A program made the position numbers and the translations under genes. Positions 54,758 to 63,145 of a stretch of DNA of 64,000 bases are shown piece after piece. Origin of the DNA: a virus; IMG/VR virus record IMGVR_UViG_3300024259_001888, positions 20,336 through 84,335 of that record. One strand, 5' to 3'. Each line of letters opens with the position of its first letter. The stretch's first letter is position 1. The notes beneath the pieces were generated by a model that saw only the letters and a program-made list of their open reading frames with translations, was not told the DNA's origin and searched no databases.

Positions 54758-56982
54758 CCCTCCCTTATTGTTTGCACTATGTATTCACGATCTTCTTTCG
54801 TCACCCACCAGCCAACAGGAATAGAAATATGCCGATGAATAACGGATTCAAGATTCGGTAAATGACATTCAAAATCCTTAACACAAGAATGCTTATCGTT
54901 TCTTGCATGCACTTGAGATACAGCAATATTTCTTTCACCCATTTTACGGGAAAACCCCGGAAGGTCATCTGCAAGAAGCGTAAATAGCCAATAAGAAGAA
55001 ATAACAGGATTCACACTACCACTTGACAACAGCCGAATTCCAGAAACACCTTCCAGTTGTTCTTTGTAATATGCAGCATTATCACGAGCAATACTGAGAT
55101 TCTGATCAACAATCTGAAGATTTGAAATGCCAATCGTTGCAGCAATATCATTCATATGAAACTTAAAACCTGCCTCTTCAATATCAGCTTCACAATTATG
55201 AACAACACAAGAAGTTGTTAGGAAATTCTTCATATTATTTTCAACTTCAATGCAATAAACATCTTCAGTATCATCTTCATAATCATCAATTTGAATTTGA
55301 TTAATTCCAACTGTAGAAGATCCATCACCCCATAAATCTTCATTAAATGGTTGACTGAATTTAAAATTCTTAAATTTATTTTCCCTCATTGAATTTGGAA
55401 TATAAGGAGAAATATCATTCATTAATTTTAAAATAGATTCTTGATGAAAGCCAATTTTATTATATCCTTCTCCCGTTTTAAAAACAACACTTTCATATCC
55501 AAATTCAGTTAACAATTTTGAAAACCATATATTATCATTATCTGAAAATCCACAAGTTGAAATTTCACCATTATATTTTTTTCCGCTTAATGTCTCCCAA
55601 GACCGTAAATATCCATCATCCATAAATAAAATTGCAAGCATTAATTTCGAGAAATATTTAGAAATAATCTTTTTTGCAATTTTTTTCTTTTTATTTTTTG
55701 AATAAAATAAGTTTCTTAAAGATCCGATATATGGATTTAAGCGAGTGTAATAGGAACATCCTCCATTTGGATTCTTTCTCCATGGCTCTGGCGGTCTTTC
55801 CTGATAACCAACTCCCAATCCAAATAAAGAATCATGTTTCAATATGGCATATTCTTCTTGTAATTTCGTATGTCCTTCTTGTAATATTCCGAGTAATGTT
55901 TTACCATTTTGATCCTTTGTTTTAGAAACAATTGACGCGTCCCCAAGAATTGATCCTAAAATTATTTCTTTCTGGATACGAGAAGGATAAGGGAATGGAG
56001 AAATGATTCTATCTCCATTTTTTAAATTTTCAGCTTTAACAAAACCGGATTTTGTTAAAATTAAATGATCGCCAGTAACTATTGTTTCTTGATTTTTTTG
56101 TGAAACTTTTTTGTTTTTAATTTTATAAAATTTTCTTCCATTTCTTTTATTCTTAAAGATATTTTTAATTTTTCCTGTAATTATTTCATTTGAAGATAAA
56201 TCAACTACTCCAATTTCTCCTCTATAATGCTGATTATAAAGTGATTTTATGGACATTCTTTGCCCTGGCTTACCTGGAATTATCAATTTTGTTCTAGGAT
56301 GCAAGCACCTCATATCAAGACGTTTAGATTCTCGATCAATACCGTACCACCGGAGAAGCTTTGCCCTTGCAACAGATTCAGAATCTTTCATGAACAAAGC
56401 CCCGCCATCTCCAGTATTCAAATGCTTAATTGCCTGGAAGGAAAAAATCCCATAATTTGAATAATTACATGCTCCTATAGGGGCATCAGCATAAGAAGAC
56501 CCAAATGCATGAGCAGCATCTTCTATAATGGGAATATTATTATGCAGGGCAACTCCTTGCAATATTTCCATATCACAAGGAAGACCTCCCCAATGAACAG
56601 CAATAATTGCCTTTGTTTTACCAAGACGAATTTTTTCTTTTACCGCATAGGCATCTATATTTAACGTATACGGATCAATATCTGCCCACACAATCTTAGC
56701 TCCAGTTGCCAAAATTGGTGCATTTGTAGCGAAGCATGTTAATGGTGTTGAAATAACTTCATCTCCTGGACCAATACCTTCCATAGCCAAAGCAAGGCTT
56801 AGCCCATGAGTTCCAGAAGATAAAGCTACCACATTATCATTTCCTATTCTCTTCCTGAGTTCTTCTTCGAACTGCTTAACTTTTGGTCCCTCTCCAATCC
56901 ATCCAGAATGAATTGTTTCTAAAAGATTTTTATTGACTTCTGGATTCATAGCTACTTTGAATAAACTTATAAACTTGTCCAT
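54751..56982 (-). CDS. DegT/DnrJ/EryC1/StrS-family PLP-dependent NDP-sugar aminotransferase (intein-interrupted)
   Basis: SSGTHGL, IIEDAAHAFG, FSFQAIKHLNTGDGG (PLP Lys), GFKFHMNDIAA. The predicted spliced product is 372 aa. Confidence 0.92.
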   Translation of the reverse strand: MDKFISLFKVAMNPEVNKNLLETIHSGWIGEGPKVKQFEEELRKRIGNDNVVALSSGTHGLSLALAMEGIGPGDEVISTPLTCFATNAPILATGAKIVWADIDPYTLNIDAYAVKEKIRLGKTKAIIAVHWGGLPCDMEILQGVALHNNIPIIEDAAHAFGSSYADAPIGACNYSNYGIFSFQAIKHLNTGDGGALFMKDSESVARAKLLRWYGIDRESKRLDMRCLHPRTKLIIPGKPGQRMSIKSLYNQHYRGEIGVVDLSSNEIITGKIKNIFKNKRNGRKFYKIKNKKVSQKNQETIVTGDHLILTKSGFVKAENLKNGDRIISPFPYPSRIQKEIILGSILGDASIVSKTKDQNGKTLLGILQEGHTKLQEEYAILKHDSLFGLGVGYQERPPEPWRKNPNGGCSYYTRLNPYIGSLRNLFYSKNKKKKIAKKIISKYFSKLMLAILFMDDGYLRSWETLSGKKYNGEISTCGFSDNDNIWFSKLLTEFGYESVVFKTGEGYNKIGFHQESILKLMNDISPYIPNSMRENKFKNFKFSQPFNEDLWGDGSSTVGINQIQIDDYEDDTEDVYCIEVENNMKNFLTTSCVVHNCEADIEEAGFKFHMNDIAATIGISNLQIVDQNLSIARDNAAYYKEQLEGVSGIRLLSSGSVNPVISSYWLFTLLADDLPGFSRKMGERNIAVSQVHARNDKHSCVKDFECHLPNLESVIHRHISIPVGWWVTKEDREYIVQTIREGW
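55195..56307 (-). mobile_element. Intein (371 aa) with LAGLIDADG homing endonuclease
   Basis: Block A CLHPRTK, block B VTGDHLILT, LAGLIDADG motifs ILGSILGDA and LAILFMDDG, block F VYCIEV, C-terminal VVHN|C. Confidence 0.93.
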
Positions 56983-56992
56983 TAAAATCTCC

Positions 56993-57670
56993 TTAAATAT
57001 AAGTCCAAGTCTTTCCTTTAATTATATAATAAATTCCCTTCATTCCAATTAATTCATTATATAAATTATGAATTTCTTTCAAGCTTCGTCCGCTATCGCT
57101 AAGGCTTCTAATTTTTAAGACATCTTCTTCAGTAATTTTTGTATGCCTTGCTATTTTTTCACTATTGGTTCTTGCATGACTCATTTTTCTTTTTGACTTT
57201 TTAGAATGAGTTTTCCCATAAAAAGAATTCTTCTTTCCTTTTTGGCTGGCAGTTAATCTATTCGCAACAGCATGATCCATGTTTTCTCTATTGGTGACAA
57301 CTTCTAAATTATTTAAATCATTATTAGCTTTTACACCATCTTTATGATTAATTTGTAAATTTTTGGGAATCTTTCCAATCCATGTTTCATACAAGACCCT
57401 ATGCATCTGAAGAAACCCTATTTGTTTCCCCATGTAAGTTAGTTTAAATGAAACATAACCCTTTTTACTCAATCCAACCTTTATTCTTTTTCCCAAATAA
57501 GTTCCACCAGTTCTTCTAGGAAGAACGATTCTAAGTATTATTCCATCTTCAGACACGATGTACTCTTTGAAAACAACTTCCTTATTGTTTCTCAAAATTC
57601 TTGGATGCCTCCACTTTCTTTCCTTAATCTCTTCATAACTTAAATCACCTACTAATTCTGAAATCTTCAT
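56993..57670 (-). CDS. HNH homing endonuclease with NUMOD3/HTH
   Basis: MHRVLYETWIG..INHKDGVKANNDLNNLEVVTNREN; FYGKTHS. Confidence 0.9.
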   Translation of the reverse strand: MKISELVGDLSYEEIKERKWRHPRILRNNKEVVFKEYIVSEDGIILRIVLPRRTGGTYLGKRIKVGLSKKGYVSFKLTYMGKQIGFLQMHRVLYETWIGKIPKNLQINHKDGVKANNDLNNLEVVTNRENMDHAVANRLTASQKGKKNSFYGKTHSKKSKRKMSHARTNSEKIARHTKITEEDVLKIRSLSDSGRSLKEIHNLYNELIGMKGIYYIIKGKTWTYI

Positions 57671-57702
57671 AATGCTTCTCCTTGCATTATTCTCCTTATT
57701 AA

Positions 57703-57756
57703 TCTTGCAGCAGGGGATGGAGATATCCCTTTTTGGTGATCAGCCTAGCTGCAAGA
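57703..57756 (-). ncRNA. Structured cis-RNA element, copy C, 5' of HNH gene
   Basis: TCTTGCAGC-TA-GG(CTGATCA)CC-AAAAA-GGGAT(ATCTCC)ATCCC-CT-GCTGCAAGA, followed by AAGGAGAA x2. Confidence 0.75.
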
Positions 57757-57764
57757 AACTTTAA

Positions 57765-58406
57765 TTAGCCAATACGTTTAATGAAGCCACCTGGACAAAA
57801 TGTCCACATTAACTTCTCGCAATCTCTATCAACTTCGAAGTTTGGATGTTCAATTAAAAACCTTTCCACGGCAGCACCTGGACCTCTGTTAATATGCCTC
57901 CATTTAATAGGATTGTTAATGTGGGTATCTTCAACGACTAAGTAAGATCCCACATCAACAACACTATGATAGGCTTCCAATTCAGCATATACATGCTCTT
58001 CTGAATGCCATGAATCCAACACTACCATTGTTTTTCTGCCAACAGTATGTTCATGAATCAAACTTACAACAGCCTCATCCAGACTATTAGCTCGATGCGA
58101 AATAATCCGATTCCGAATATTTGATGAAACACCATAATATTCCTTAGAGACCCTAGGGTCAATATCTATTGTTATGACTTTGCCATTGCTCCCCATCAAC
58201 TCAAAAATTGAAGCAAAAAATAAAGCAGACCCGCCAAATTTAGTTCCTGTCTCAACAATAATTTCAGGCCTGACCTTATGAATTAACTCCTGGAGAATAA
58301 GGAGATCGCATGGATTCTTCCAAATGGGAACTCCTAACCAATGAGTGTGTTCCCATAGCCTATTCTCTTCATAATGGATATGAAACTCATCAGATATCTT
58401 TTTCAC
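57765..58406 (-). CDS. CmcI-like (cephalosporin hydroxylase / rhamnosyl O-methyltransferase family) protein
   Basis: WLGVPIWKNPCDL..LQELI, IVETGT..GGSALF, VVLDSWH, YLVVEDT, GPG.AV. Confidence 0.85.
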   Translation of the reverse strand: MKKISDEFHIHYEENRLWEHTHWLGVPIWKNPCDLLILQELIHKVRPEIIVETGTKFGGSALFFASIFELMGSNGKVITIDIDPRVSKEYYGVSSNIRNRIISHRANSLDEAVVSLIHEHTVGRKTMVVLDSWHSEEHVYAELEAYHSVVDVGSYLVVEDTHINNPIKWRHINRGPGAAVERFLIEHPNFEVDRDCEKLMWTFCPGGFIKRIG

Positions 58407-59086
58407 GCCACATGCCTCCAGCTTTCTCTAAATACAATTCTTTTAATTTGTCTTCCTGATATTTTAAACTCATTATGGAGTTGCAAATATGAAAATCCAA
58501 TTTCCCACAACTTTCGAATTAAAATAACATCAACATTTGTCAATTTAGAAGAAGGATTATTTTCTCCAGCATGAATCTTAGACTGATTAGCTCTATATGC
58601 AAGATTTTTCCACGTGTTTTTCCTTCTCTTAGAGATCTTCTTTCTATATTCGTCATCTTTCCACAGGTTTTTGCTTTTCAACCTGCATTTTTCTTTCATC
58701 ACTAAGCATCTTTTCTTAGACAGATTCTTACTCCCATCAAGAAGATTAACCAAGGGGCCAGTTTTTAAATCTTTCCTTCCAATCCCAATAATTAATTTCT
58801 CTTCTAATTTATGAGCTTGAAATCTCGATTTAAATATTTTTAAAATCACAACAATAGGCTCTTTATCATATTTCCTAATTTCAAAAATTCTTTTCTGAAC
58901 TAAATCACTGCTTTTATTGCCAGTTAAATGCCGATTATGATGATTATATTTTGCACAACCCACATAAAATGGTTCAAATTTTGGCCTATAAACTCCTCCT
59001 TTAAATTTATATTCATGTATCCCAGATTTTCTTGGATCAAGATAAACATAAACTTTCGTTTTAAGCCAATGATTTTTATCTGCCAT
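58403..59086 (-). CDS. GIY-YIG-like homing endonuclease
   Basis: VYVYLDPR...PFYVG...H...E..LI..IGR....GPLVN; C-terminal GENNPSSKLT-HTH. Confidence 0.8.
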   Translation of the reverse strand: MADKNHWLKTKVYVYLDPRKSGIHEYKFKGGVYRPKFEPFYVGCAKYNHHNRHLTGNKSSDLVQKRIFEIRKYDKEPIVVILKIFKSRFQAHKLEEKLIIGIGRKDLKTGPLVNLLDGSKNLSKKRCLVMKEKCRLKSKNLWKDDEYRKKISKRRKNTWKNLAYRANQSKIHAGENNPSSKLTNVDVILIRKLWEIGFSYLQLHNEFKISGRQIKRIVFRESWRHVA

Positions 59087-59087
59087 T

Positions 59088-61904
59088 TTATTTTTCTCCT
59101 ATAATTTCATCAATCCATTGCTGAGGATTAAATTTTTCAATAGCATATTCCTTAGCTGCTTTCCCCATCCTCTCTCTAATTGTTAAATCATTCAGTTGCC
59201 TAAACATCTCAAGAGAAGATTCAAAATCATCATACAAAAATCCAGTTTCTTTTGTAATGCGATCCTGTGGTCCTGGACTATTAGTGGCAATGCAAGGGAG
59301 GCCTACCGCCATAGCTTCTAGGATCACTCTCGGACCGCCTTCTGTATATCCATCTGGAAGATCATACCAGTATACTGAACCTAGCTTTAGAAAATCTTTA
59401 ACTACGGGATTATTTCTTTTATGAATAATGACTCTTTCGCCAAAATCATCAATAAAAGAAGGACCAGGCATCAATCTAATAGTTGCTTTTGGAAATCTTT
59501 CAAGAATGGCTTCAATTTTTTGATTAAAATCTTTAGCATATTTAGCATTGCCCTGAGAAGAATGCCTGACAATCTTCATTTCTCCAGAATAATCTATCTT
59601 AGAATCTAAATGCTCCGATATGTCAGCAGGAGGAGGAAGAATGATAGGCTTTATAGAATAATATGAATCTCCCATGGCCTTCATATAGTTAGTGGTAAAT
59701 GAATCAGCTAATGAATTATTAAGAAATAAATATTGATCAAACTCTCTCGTCCAAGGAATTATTCCGATTCTTCCTATTTTAAAATTTACATACATCACTT
59801 TTCTTTTAGCAGTTACATTTGAAAACATATCGACAACTTCTTGCTTGTCTAGATCCCAAACGTAATCGTCTGTGGCCAACATAAAAACGTCACAGGGAGC
59901 TCTGAGAAGCTCGAGGTTATTCGTTGCAATAACATTAGGGTTGCCGCAACGCCTATGTGTCCCTGAAGGCTGTGGGTTAGTATAAACGTATTCCACTCTC
60001 CACCCTAAATTAATAAAAGCTTTCATAAAAAAATCAATACTTCTCCCACAACCACCATCTCCTCTCGTATTACAAAACATGCGGAAAATTTTCTGACCTT
60101 CTGACATGGAAACGACGTTCTTCTTGTAAAATTCTAGATCATCAAACTCATCCGCAACAGCTTTAATCGGAAGCTTCGGCTCTTCCTTCTTCATTTTGGA
60201 AGTTTTCTTAACCCACAAATGACAGCGATGCCCTCCCTTAATCGGACCATCAAATTTGTCTTTGAGGTATTTATCTTGCCACTTACGTTCCCATTCCCTA
60301 CCGGCATCGTGGATAATAACCAATTCAGCATGTTCAGAAGCAATCTTCGTGGAATGCTCTCTTGCTTTGCCACCTGGAGGTCCATCAACCAAGGCAAAAT
60401 CAAACTTTGGCAATTCAGCAGGAATAACTTGCCCATTCCAGTGATTAAGTAAGAAAAAATCTTCCGCATCCTTTTCCTGAAGATTCTTTATCCACCCCTC
60501 GCTTGTTTCAAACGAAATTACTTTAAGCCCCTCTTCTGCCATCAAAAAAGAAGATAAGCCGGGACCAAATTCCAAACAGTTCCTCAACTTATAATCCTTA
60601 ATTGTTTTAAGAATAAAGGCCCAGTCCAAATCAGTAACGCAAGCACCTCCCCATTGAAAATCAAATTTTGTAGGGTCTGCTCCTTCTACAGCAGGAGGAG
60701 TTTTAGCTGGAGTCATCGGCATTTCAATCTTTGTGGTTAAAGGATTGGGATTCGTAGGAGTTCTTGGATGATCATCCGATAGCCTGCCGCCCTCATAGAA
60801 CTGATCATAGGCGCTCATCAAATTTTCAAGGGTAATGATGTCAACACACTTAGGATATTTTTGATCAGCATCGCTGATAATGGTAGGGCAAGTTTTTTCT
60901 AGATCACAATGCCAACATGCGTTCGTGGATGCACAAGGCAAGCAACCATCAGTGCATAGGTATTGATGACCAGGGTAACGTGTAAAGCGAGCCGGCTCTC
61001 GTGCTCCAGCAATAACCACACAGGGCATTCCGAAAGCGGCAGCCAGATGCATCTGAAAACTTACCAGCCCCATCGATCCTTCAGCAAAATAAAACAAGTT
61101 AAACAGATCACGAATGCCAGTAACTCTGTCTTGGGTTTTACCAATAAGGTTGACAACATTATCCCCTTCCAATTTCGGATGCTTATGTTCTTTGGCTCCA
61201 ATTTGAACAAACTTCATTTTTGGATAACGCAACACAAAGTTCTGCCACCGATCAAACGGGTATGTCTTAGCCGTCCAATCTCCTTTTTCTCCTGCAACAA
61301 TAATCCAATATGGAGGCTCTACAATTGGAGTTGCGGTTTCTTCCTTGGTCATCCATATATCAGGCTTAATTGCGCCCTGCTTAAATGTGATCCCAAGCTT
61401 ATCCTGAATACTTATCCGATAAGCATTGGCGAAATGTCGATCATCACGATTACTGGCATTTGTAAGAGCGCTTGGGCCAATCTCTACAACTTCCGCATTG
61501 TTATTATTTAAAGATCGATCCAGATATGGATTGTTATCCCAAATATGCATGGCGGTTGACTGGACATTGATGGGCCAATCAGGATATGCAGCCTTAAAAT
61601 CCCGTACCGCACAACTAAACATGAGGATGTCGCCAATAGCTTGCCGGTTGCGAAAAATAATAGGCTTCTGTTCCATGGGAGTTTCAGGCTTGGAAAGATC
61701 AAGTCCCATAGAGTTAATTAGGTCTTCAACAAGTTGTTTAGCTAATACTTTGTCGGCAGGATGCCTGTGATGTATGTGTCCATCTTTAAACTTGATGGAA
61801 ATGATTGAATCTGCTGGATCGCGAAAAGCACATTCCTTGTGTTTCTTAATGTCGGAACGTACCACGTTCATAAATTGTCCAATTCTGCTATGTTTGTTAC
61901 TCAT
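59088..61904 (-). CDS. Multidomain GT9-like + SAM methyltransferase + GT4 protein
   Basis: IGDILM...MHLAAAFGMPCVVIAG plus Cys cluster; LEFGPGLSS...ALVDGP...IIHDA; EGGPRVILEAMAVGLP. Confidence 0.85.
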   Translation of the reverse strand: MSNKHSRIGQFMNVVRSDIKKHKECAFRDPADSIISIKFKDGHIHHRHPADKVLAKQLVEDLINSMGLDLSKPETPMEQKPIIFRNRQAIGDILMFSCAVRDFKAAYPDWPINVQSTAMHIWDNNPYLDRSLNNNNAEVVEIGPSALTNASNRDDRHFANAYRISIQDKLGITFKQGAIKPDIWMTKEETATPIVEPPYWIIVAGEKGDWTAKTYPFDRWQNFVLRYPKMKFVQIGAKEHKHPKLEGDNVVNLIGKTQDRVTGIRDLFNLFYFAEGSMGLVSFQMHLAAAFGMPCVVIAGAREPARFTRYPGHQYLCTDGCLPCASTNACWHCDLEKTCPTIISDADQKYPKCVDIITLENLMSAYDQFYEGGRLSDDHPRTPTNPNPLTTKIEMPMTPAKTPPAVEGADPTKFDFQWGGACVTDLDWAFILKTIKDYKLRNCLEFGPGLSSFLMAEEGLKVISFETSEGWIKNLQEKDAEDFFLLNHWNGQVIPAELPKFDFALVDGPPGGKAREHSTKIASEHAELVIIHDAGREWERKWQDKYLKDKFDGPIKGGHRCHLWVKKTSKMKKEEPKLPIKAVADEFDDLEFYKKNVVSMSEGQKIFRMFCNTRGDGGCGRSIDFFMKAFINLGWRVEYVYTNPQPSGTHRRCGNPNVIATNNLELLRAPCDVFMLATDDYVWDLDKQEVVDMFSNVTAKRKVMYVNFKIGRIGIIPWTREFDQYLFLNNSLADSFTTNYMKAMGDSYYSIKPIILPPPADISEHLDSKIDYSGEMKIVRHSSQGNAKYAKDFNQKIEAILERFPKATIRLMPGPSFIDDFGERVIIHKRNNPVVKDFLKLGSVYWYDLPDGYTEGGPRVILEAMAVGLPCIATNSPGPQDRITKETGFLYDDFESSLEMFRQLNDLTIRERMGKAAKEYAIEKFNPQQWIDEIIGEK

Positions 61905-61932
61905 CAGAATTTATTCTCCTATTTAGTTGTGT

Positions 61933-62181
61933 TTAACTTTGGTCCACTTCTTCTCCACGATCTTTCAATTCGGGGATGTAAGTTGATTTTTCAGTACCTT
62001 GTCTTTGGCAAATTCCTGCTACCGCAGCACAAGCAACTCCCGCAAAAACAATCCAAGATGTTTCTCCAGCAATAGTGGTTCCAAGAGCGCCAACAATTCC
62101 AGAAAGATACACCCAAGTCGTTTTTTGTTTATACCATGGAATAATTTCATTAATCCCACCATTTCCTGTTCCAGCCATCAC
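61933..62181 (-). CDS. Holin-like small membrane protein
   Basis: PWYKQKTTW followed by two hydrophobic helices; downstream of the lysozyme gene. Confidence 0.6.
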   Translation of the reverse strand: MMAGTGNGGINEIIPWYKQKTTWVYLSGIVGALGTTIAGETSWIVFAGVACAAVAGICQRQGTEKSTYIPELKDRGEEVDQS

Positions 62182-62450
62182 CCTATTACCTCCTTATCCT
62201 CATGCGGCAAGAAAATTGCACACATAATGTCAATTACTGGATCAATCATCTTATCCGCAAGCTTAAGAACAACATCCAATTCAGCACCAGACATTCCAAG
62301 TGCCGCTGTAAGAATGGTGCGAAAAAATTCCTTAGCCATTTCCTTCTTCCTGGCTCCAGAATCAGGCTCGCCATCAAACGCTTCTTCTATAAGCTGAATG
62401 ATAACTGGGATAGCGAGCACACTCTTCATTACAATCCTCAACCAATTCAC
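62178..62450 (-). CDS. Putative holin/lysis-associated protein
   Basis: 'IEEAF.....GARKKE.A' pattern seen in phage holin-like proteins. Confidence 0.5.
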   Translation of the reverse strand: MNWLRIVMKSVLAIPVIIQLIEEAFDGEPDSGARKKEMAKEFFRTILTAALGMSGAELDVVLKLADKMIDPVIDIMCAIFLPHEDKEVIG

Positions 62451-62710
62451 GCTTTCGCCTCCTTTGCTTTAAGTCTGTTCCAATGTTCCGTACAATCAGG
62501 AAGAGATCTTCCTCTATCCTGAGGAACGCAATCACACCCGTCATAAAACCAAACCAGCTTTGTTCTTTCTTTTTTACCGAAAACCTCTTTAGCGAACTCA
62601 ATAGATTTTTCGATGTCATGATTAGAAATAGACACCTCAAAGAGAGTATGTCCATCTCTTTCATCTGCATTTTTCCGCAATTGGCGTGGATCATCTTTAT
62701 TATAGTCCAT
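62447..62710 (-). CDS. Hypothetical protein
   Basis: 87-aa ORF overlapping both neighbours. Confidence 0.5.
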   Translation of the reverse strand: MDYNKDDPRQLRKNADERDGHTLFEVSISNHDIEKSIEFAKEVFGKKERTKLVWFYDGCDCVPQDRGRSLPDCTEHWNRLKAKEAKA

Positions 62711-63116
62711 GACGCATCAATTCTGAAAGCTCTAAAGCTCTTTTTGGCGTATCTTTCTTATACCACTTAGAGTCAAGCATTTCATCAGCAGCCCACTCCC
62801 AATTACCAGCGGCAATTGCCTTAAACATTTGAACAAATCCTTTTGTTCCCGCAAAGCCAAGCTGGAAAATCATCTCTATGATAACTTCCCTGCGGATTTC
62901 ATTAAGGCTATTCCTGTACTTCAGATCTAAACTATTATACTGAGCAACCACCCTTTCAAGGTCATGGGCAAAGAGATAGTCAATCTCTTCATTTGTAAGC
63001 GGGTTATCTCTTAAGTTTCTGCCAATACCAATTGTCATCACCCCTTTTGAATCAGGGTAAGGATAACCTTCACGACCTTCATGGCGTTCGATCCTTTCCT
63101 CCATTGTTTCTGACAT
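62700..63116 (-). CDS. Endolysin, T4-lysozyme-like (GH24)
   Basis: HEG-x7-D-x5-T catalytic triad, TIGIGRNL, MIFQLG, AADEMLDSKW. ATG 63116 has an AAGGGGG RBS. Confidence 0.9.
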   Translation of the reverse strand: MSETMEERIERHEGREGYPYPDSKGVMTIGIGRNLRDNPLTNEEIDYLFAHDLERVVAQYNSLDLKYRNSLNEIRREVIIEMIFQLGFAGTKGFVQMFKAIAAGNWEWAADEMLDSKWYKKDTPKRALELSELMRHGL

Positions 63117-63145
63117 AACCACCCCCTTACCGAGATACATGAATT

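Noticed and set aside
281-62770. Plus-strand ORFs in the track (e.g. 8235-8636, 42669-43418, 60963-61511)
   Set aside because: They are antisense shadows of well-supported minus-strand genes, with no recognisable motifs.
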